From: Pseudomonadota bacterium
GTDB lineage: Bacteria > Bdellovibrionota > FAC87 > UBA2466
Assembly: GCA_043718025.1 (NCBI GenBank)
Contig: JAYSWN010000131.1
Location: 1-26,365, forward strand
Direction of reading: 5' to 3'
Length of the DNA stretch: 26,365 nt
Shown here one piece after another: positions 24,079 through 26,365 of the stretch; position 1 is the first letter of the stretch; each line of letters begins with the position of its first letter. Both the position numbers and the translations under genes were made by a program. The notes under the pieces were generated by a model that made no database searches, had not been told where the DNA came from, and was given only the letters and a program-made list of their open reading frames with translations.

Positions 24079-24752
24079 GGCCAATGCTTTCGGTCGTTAT
24101 CCCTACGTTAAACGAGCAAGACAATATTCAAAATTGTTTGGCGTCGGTCTACTCAGGTATTCCGTATGAGGTGATCGTGGTGGATGGCGGAAGCGACGAC
24201 GCTACGGGCTACCTCGCCAAAAAGTCGGGGGCCAGGTTTTTGTCGACGGAGAAGGGGCTGGCCAGCCAATGCAACTATGGGGCGGAGTCGGCCACCGGCG
24301 ACGTGCTGTTTTTTCTGGCCGCCGATAGTCAGGTCGAGCCGGCGTATCGGGAGGCGGCCGAGACGATCCTTGCTGATCCCAGAGCGGCGGCGGGTGGGTT
24401 TACCTTATCCATTGACGACCCAAGTCCGTTCTTTCGCGCTGTAGAGTGGGGTGGAAATTTGCGGGGCAATTTTTTCAAGTTTTCGCTGCCCGATCAGGGG
24501 CTGTTTGTCAGGCGACAAGACTTTCTTAAAGTGGGTGGCATGAAGTCCACGTCACGTATTCCCTTCGCTCGCCTTTGCGACGATCTTAAGGCCTCTGGCC
24601 TGGGAAGTTTTATGCTCTCCCCCTTGAAAGCCAAATCTTCGCCGCGCAAATGGAAAACCCACGGGATCTTCAAAACCTGCCTTAATCACAATTGGGTGTT
24701 TCTTCAACAACGTCTAGAGACGCTGTTGCAGCGAATGGAAATCAAGGGATGA
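24075..24752 (+). CDS. GT2 glycosyltransferase resembling the TIGR04283 family
   Basis: SVVIPTLNE, EVIVVDGGSDD, QCNYGA, LFFLAAD, DQGLFV, SPRKW. GTGA overlap with valS (alternative ATG at 24084). Confidence 0.8.
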   Translation: MRPMLSVVIPTLNEQDNIQNCLASVYSGIPYEVIVVDGGSDDATGYLAKKSGARFLSTEKGLASQCNYGAESATGDVLFFLAADSQVEPAYREAAETILADPRAAAGGFTLSIDDPSPFFRAVEWGGNLRGNFFKFSLPDQGLFVRRQDFLKVGGMKSTSRIPFARLCDDLKASGLGSFMLSPLKAKSSPRKWKTHGIFKTCLNHNWVFLQQRLETLLQRMEIKG

Positions 24753-25951
24753 GGCTGCTCAGTTTCCTACTACGAAAATACTTTTTCCCGCACGGGGTGA
24801 ATCTGCTCTCGTTTGCCGTTCTTCTGTCGGTGCTAGGTGTGGCGGTGGGGGTTTTGCAGCTTATGGTTGTGTTGTCCGTATTATCGGGCTTTCAAGATCT
24901 GTTTCGCGAGAATTACACCCGTATCTCATCGGAGATGGTGATTTTACCCCGTAATTTGAAACGGGATCAAAACACCATCGATAAGCGGTTGGCCGAAATT
25001 CCCGAAATTGCCGCTTTTACCCCCTCGCTTCTGGCGCCGGCTATGGTGATTAAGGGTGGTAAAGTGGGAGGGGTGATCTTTGAAGGGGTTGATTTTGCCG
25101 CCTCGCAGAAAGTGACGCCGTGGAAAGACATTTGGGTGAAAGAACCTTTGCCTGATTCTTCACCCCCCGACGGGCAATGGGTTTGGTTAGGCGTTCAGTT
25201 GGCAAAAAAATTAAAGGCCGATGTCGGGGATACCGTCGACATTCTTGTGCCCGAAGGCAACGTGCAGCGCGTGGTTTCGATGCCGGTGACGGGCATTACT
25301 AAATTTGGGATTTACGATCACGACCTGCACCACGCCCGAATGGGGATGCGGGCCCTGGCGGATATATTTCGCAAGAGTAACCAAGAACCGATTTATAAGA
25401 CCCGCATTCGAGCTGGAGAAAATTTTGATAAGGTGGCCGGTATCGTACGCACCGCCCTTGGGGATGACGCCACGGTTAAACTGTGGAAAGACGTTCACCA
25501 AAATATTTTCATGGCGGTTGAACATCAGAAGAAAAGTCTGTTTTTGGTCTTGGTGATTTTAATTGGCCTGGCGGCCGTTAACGTAGTGAACCTCTTGTTG
25601 ATGAGCGCTCATTTTCGAAAGCGGGATATTGCGATTTTGCGGGCGATGGGCATGAAGTTTCGTGAGGTGATGATCTTCTTTTTGGTACAGGGCTCGGTGG
25701 TGGGTATGGTCGGCGTGATTGTAGGCTTAATTTTCGGTTACGGGGTCATCGCCATGATTGAACGATTTCAGCCAAATCTGCTCAACGAATCGATCTACAA
25801 TGCCTCGCGATTGCCCATGCGGGTTGAAAGCATGGATGTGTTTTTAGTGGCCGCCGGCGGAATTGGCCTTTGTCTTTTGTTTAGCGTGATTCCCGCTTGG
25901 AGTGCCGCGCGGACTAAACCGGTGGATGCGTTACGATTGGAGACTGCGTGA
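24749..25951 (+). CDS. Lipoprotein-releasing ABC transporter permease (LolC/E family)
   Basis: SVLGVAVGV...VLSVLSGFQ, LGVQLAKKL, KRDIAILRAMG, IPAWSAARTKPVDALR. Start set at the ATGA overlap (24749). Confidence 0.88.
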   Translation: MRLLSFLLRKYFFPHGVNLLSFAVLLSVLGVAVGVLQLMVVLSVLSGFQDLFRENYTRISSEMVILPRNLKRDQNTIDKRLAEIPEIAAFTPSLLAPAMVIKGGKVGGVIFEGVDFAASQKVTPWKDIWVKEPLPDSSPPDGQWVWLGVQLAKKLKADVGDTVDILVPEGNVQRVVSMPVTGITKFGIYDHDLHHARMGMRALADIFRKSNQEPIYKTRIRAGENFDKVAGIVRTALGDDATVKLWKDVHQNIFMAVEHQKKSLFLVLVILIGLAAVNVVNLLLMSAHFRKRDIAILRAMGMKFREVMIFFLVQGSVVGMVGVIVGLIFGYGVIAMIERFQPNLLNESIYNASRLPMRVESMDVFLVAAGGIGLCLLFSVIPAWSAARTKPVDALRLETA

Positions 25952-26365
25952 AGAAGCCCACTTTGCAGGCTACGGGCCTACAAAAGATTTTTAGGCGCGA
26001 AGATCGCACCACCATTGGCGTGTTGAGAGATCTTTCTATTTCAGTGGCGGCTGGCGAACGAGTGGCGATCGTGGGCAAGAGTGGCTCGGGTAAGAGCACT
26101 CTGCTTCATATATTGGGCACCCTTGAGCGGCCCTCGGCCGGTAAATTGATTTTTGGTGGCGAGGATGTCTTTGGCTATTGCGACAAACAGCTCGCCCATT
26201 TTCGAAACGCGCAGATTGGTTTTGTGTTTCAGTTTCATTATCTGATGCTCGAATTTACGGCCTTAGAAAATGTTATGATTCCCGCCCTAATCAGCGGAAA
26301 AACTAAAGTTGAGTCGATGGAAGAGGCCCGTAAACTACTCTTGCGCGTCGGCCTGGCCGACAGGC
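25948..26365 (+). CDS. lolD: Lipoprotein-releasing ABC transporter ATP-binding subunit (partial, runs off the right edge)
   Basis: GTG at a GTGA overlap; translation contains IVGKSGSGKSTLLHILGTLERP and IGFVFQFHYLMLEFTALENVMIP. Confidence 0.9.
   Translation, partial: MKKPTLQATGLQKIFRREDRTTIGVLRDLSISVAAGERVAIVGKSGSGKSTLLHILGTLERPSAGKLIFGGEDVFGYCDKQLAHFRNAQIGFVFQFHYLMLEFTALENVMIPALISGKTKVESMEEARKLLLRVGLADR

Noticed and set aside
24692..24748. Upstream TTG start for the LolC/E permease (likewise 19528 for the LpoB-like gene)
   Set aside because: The ATGA overlap at 24749 and the SD-supported ATG at 19549 give more typical N-termini.

Overview
Bacterial chromosomal window of roughly balanced GC from a diderm organism. 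The gene content (PilZ, FHA, sigma54- and sigma28-type promoter motifs, paired Get3/ArsA-like ATPases, split cytochrome b with a multiheme c subunit) suggests a Bdellovibrionota/delta-proteobacterial-type lineage; this is inference only. From left to right: a partial minus-strand gene; a ~1.25 kb intergenic region holding a MITE-like element with a nested CGTC-type palindromic repeat, an 85-nt hairpin and a sigma54 enhancer/promoter; an outer-membrane beta-barrel gene; a compact addB-addA-like pair whose helicase lacks a nuclease domain; DUF503; a degenerate histidine-kinase-fold/PilZ fusion behind a FliA-type promoter; a wHTH-HATPase-STAS(DUF4325) gene; a minus-strand cluster of two Get3/ArsA-like ATPases, a 2TM-HAMP protein and a beta-barrel protein; a divergent Rieske / cyt b6-like / subunit IV / octaheme cytochrome c operon; an FHA protein; an orphan phage-like gene; and lpoB-like - COG3014-like lipoprotein - valS - GT2 - lolC/E - lolD (truncated). 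No rRNA, tRNA, CRISPR array or intact transposase was seen. All family calls come from motifs read by eye, not from database searches.
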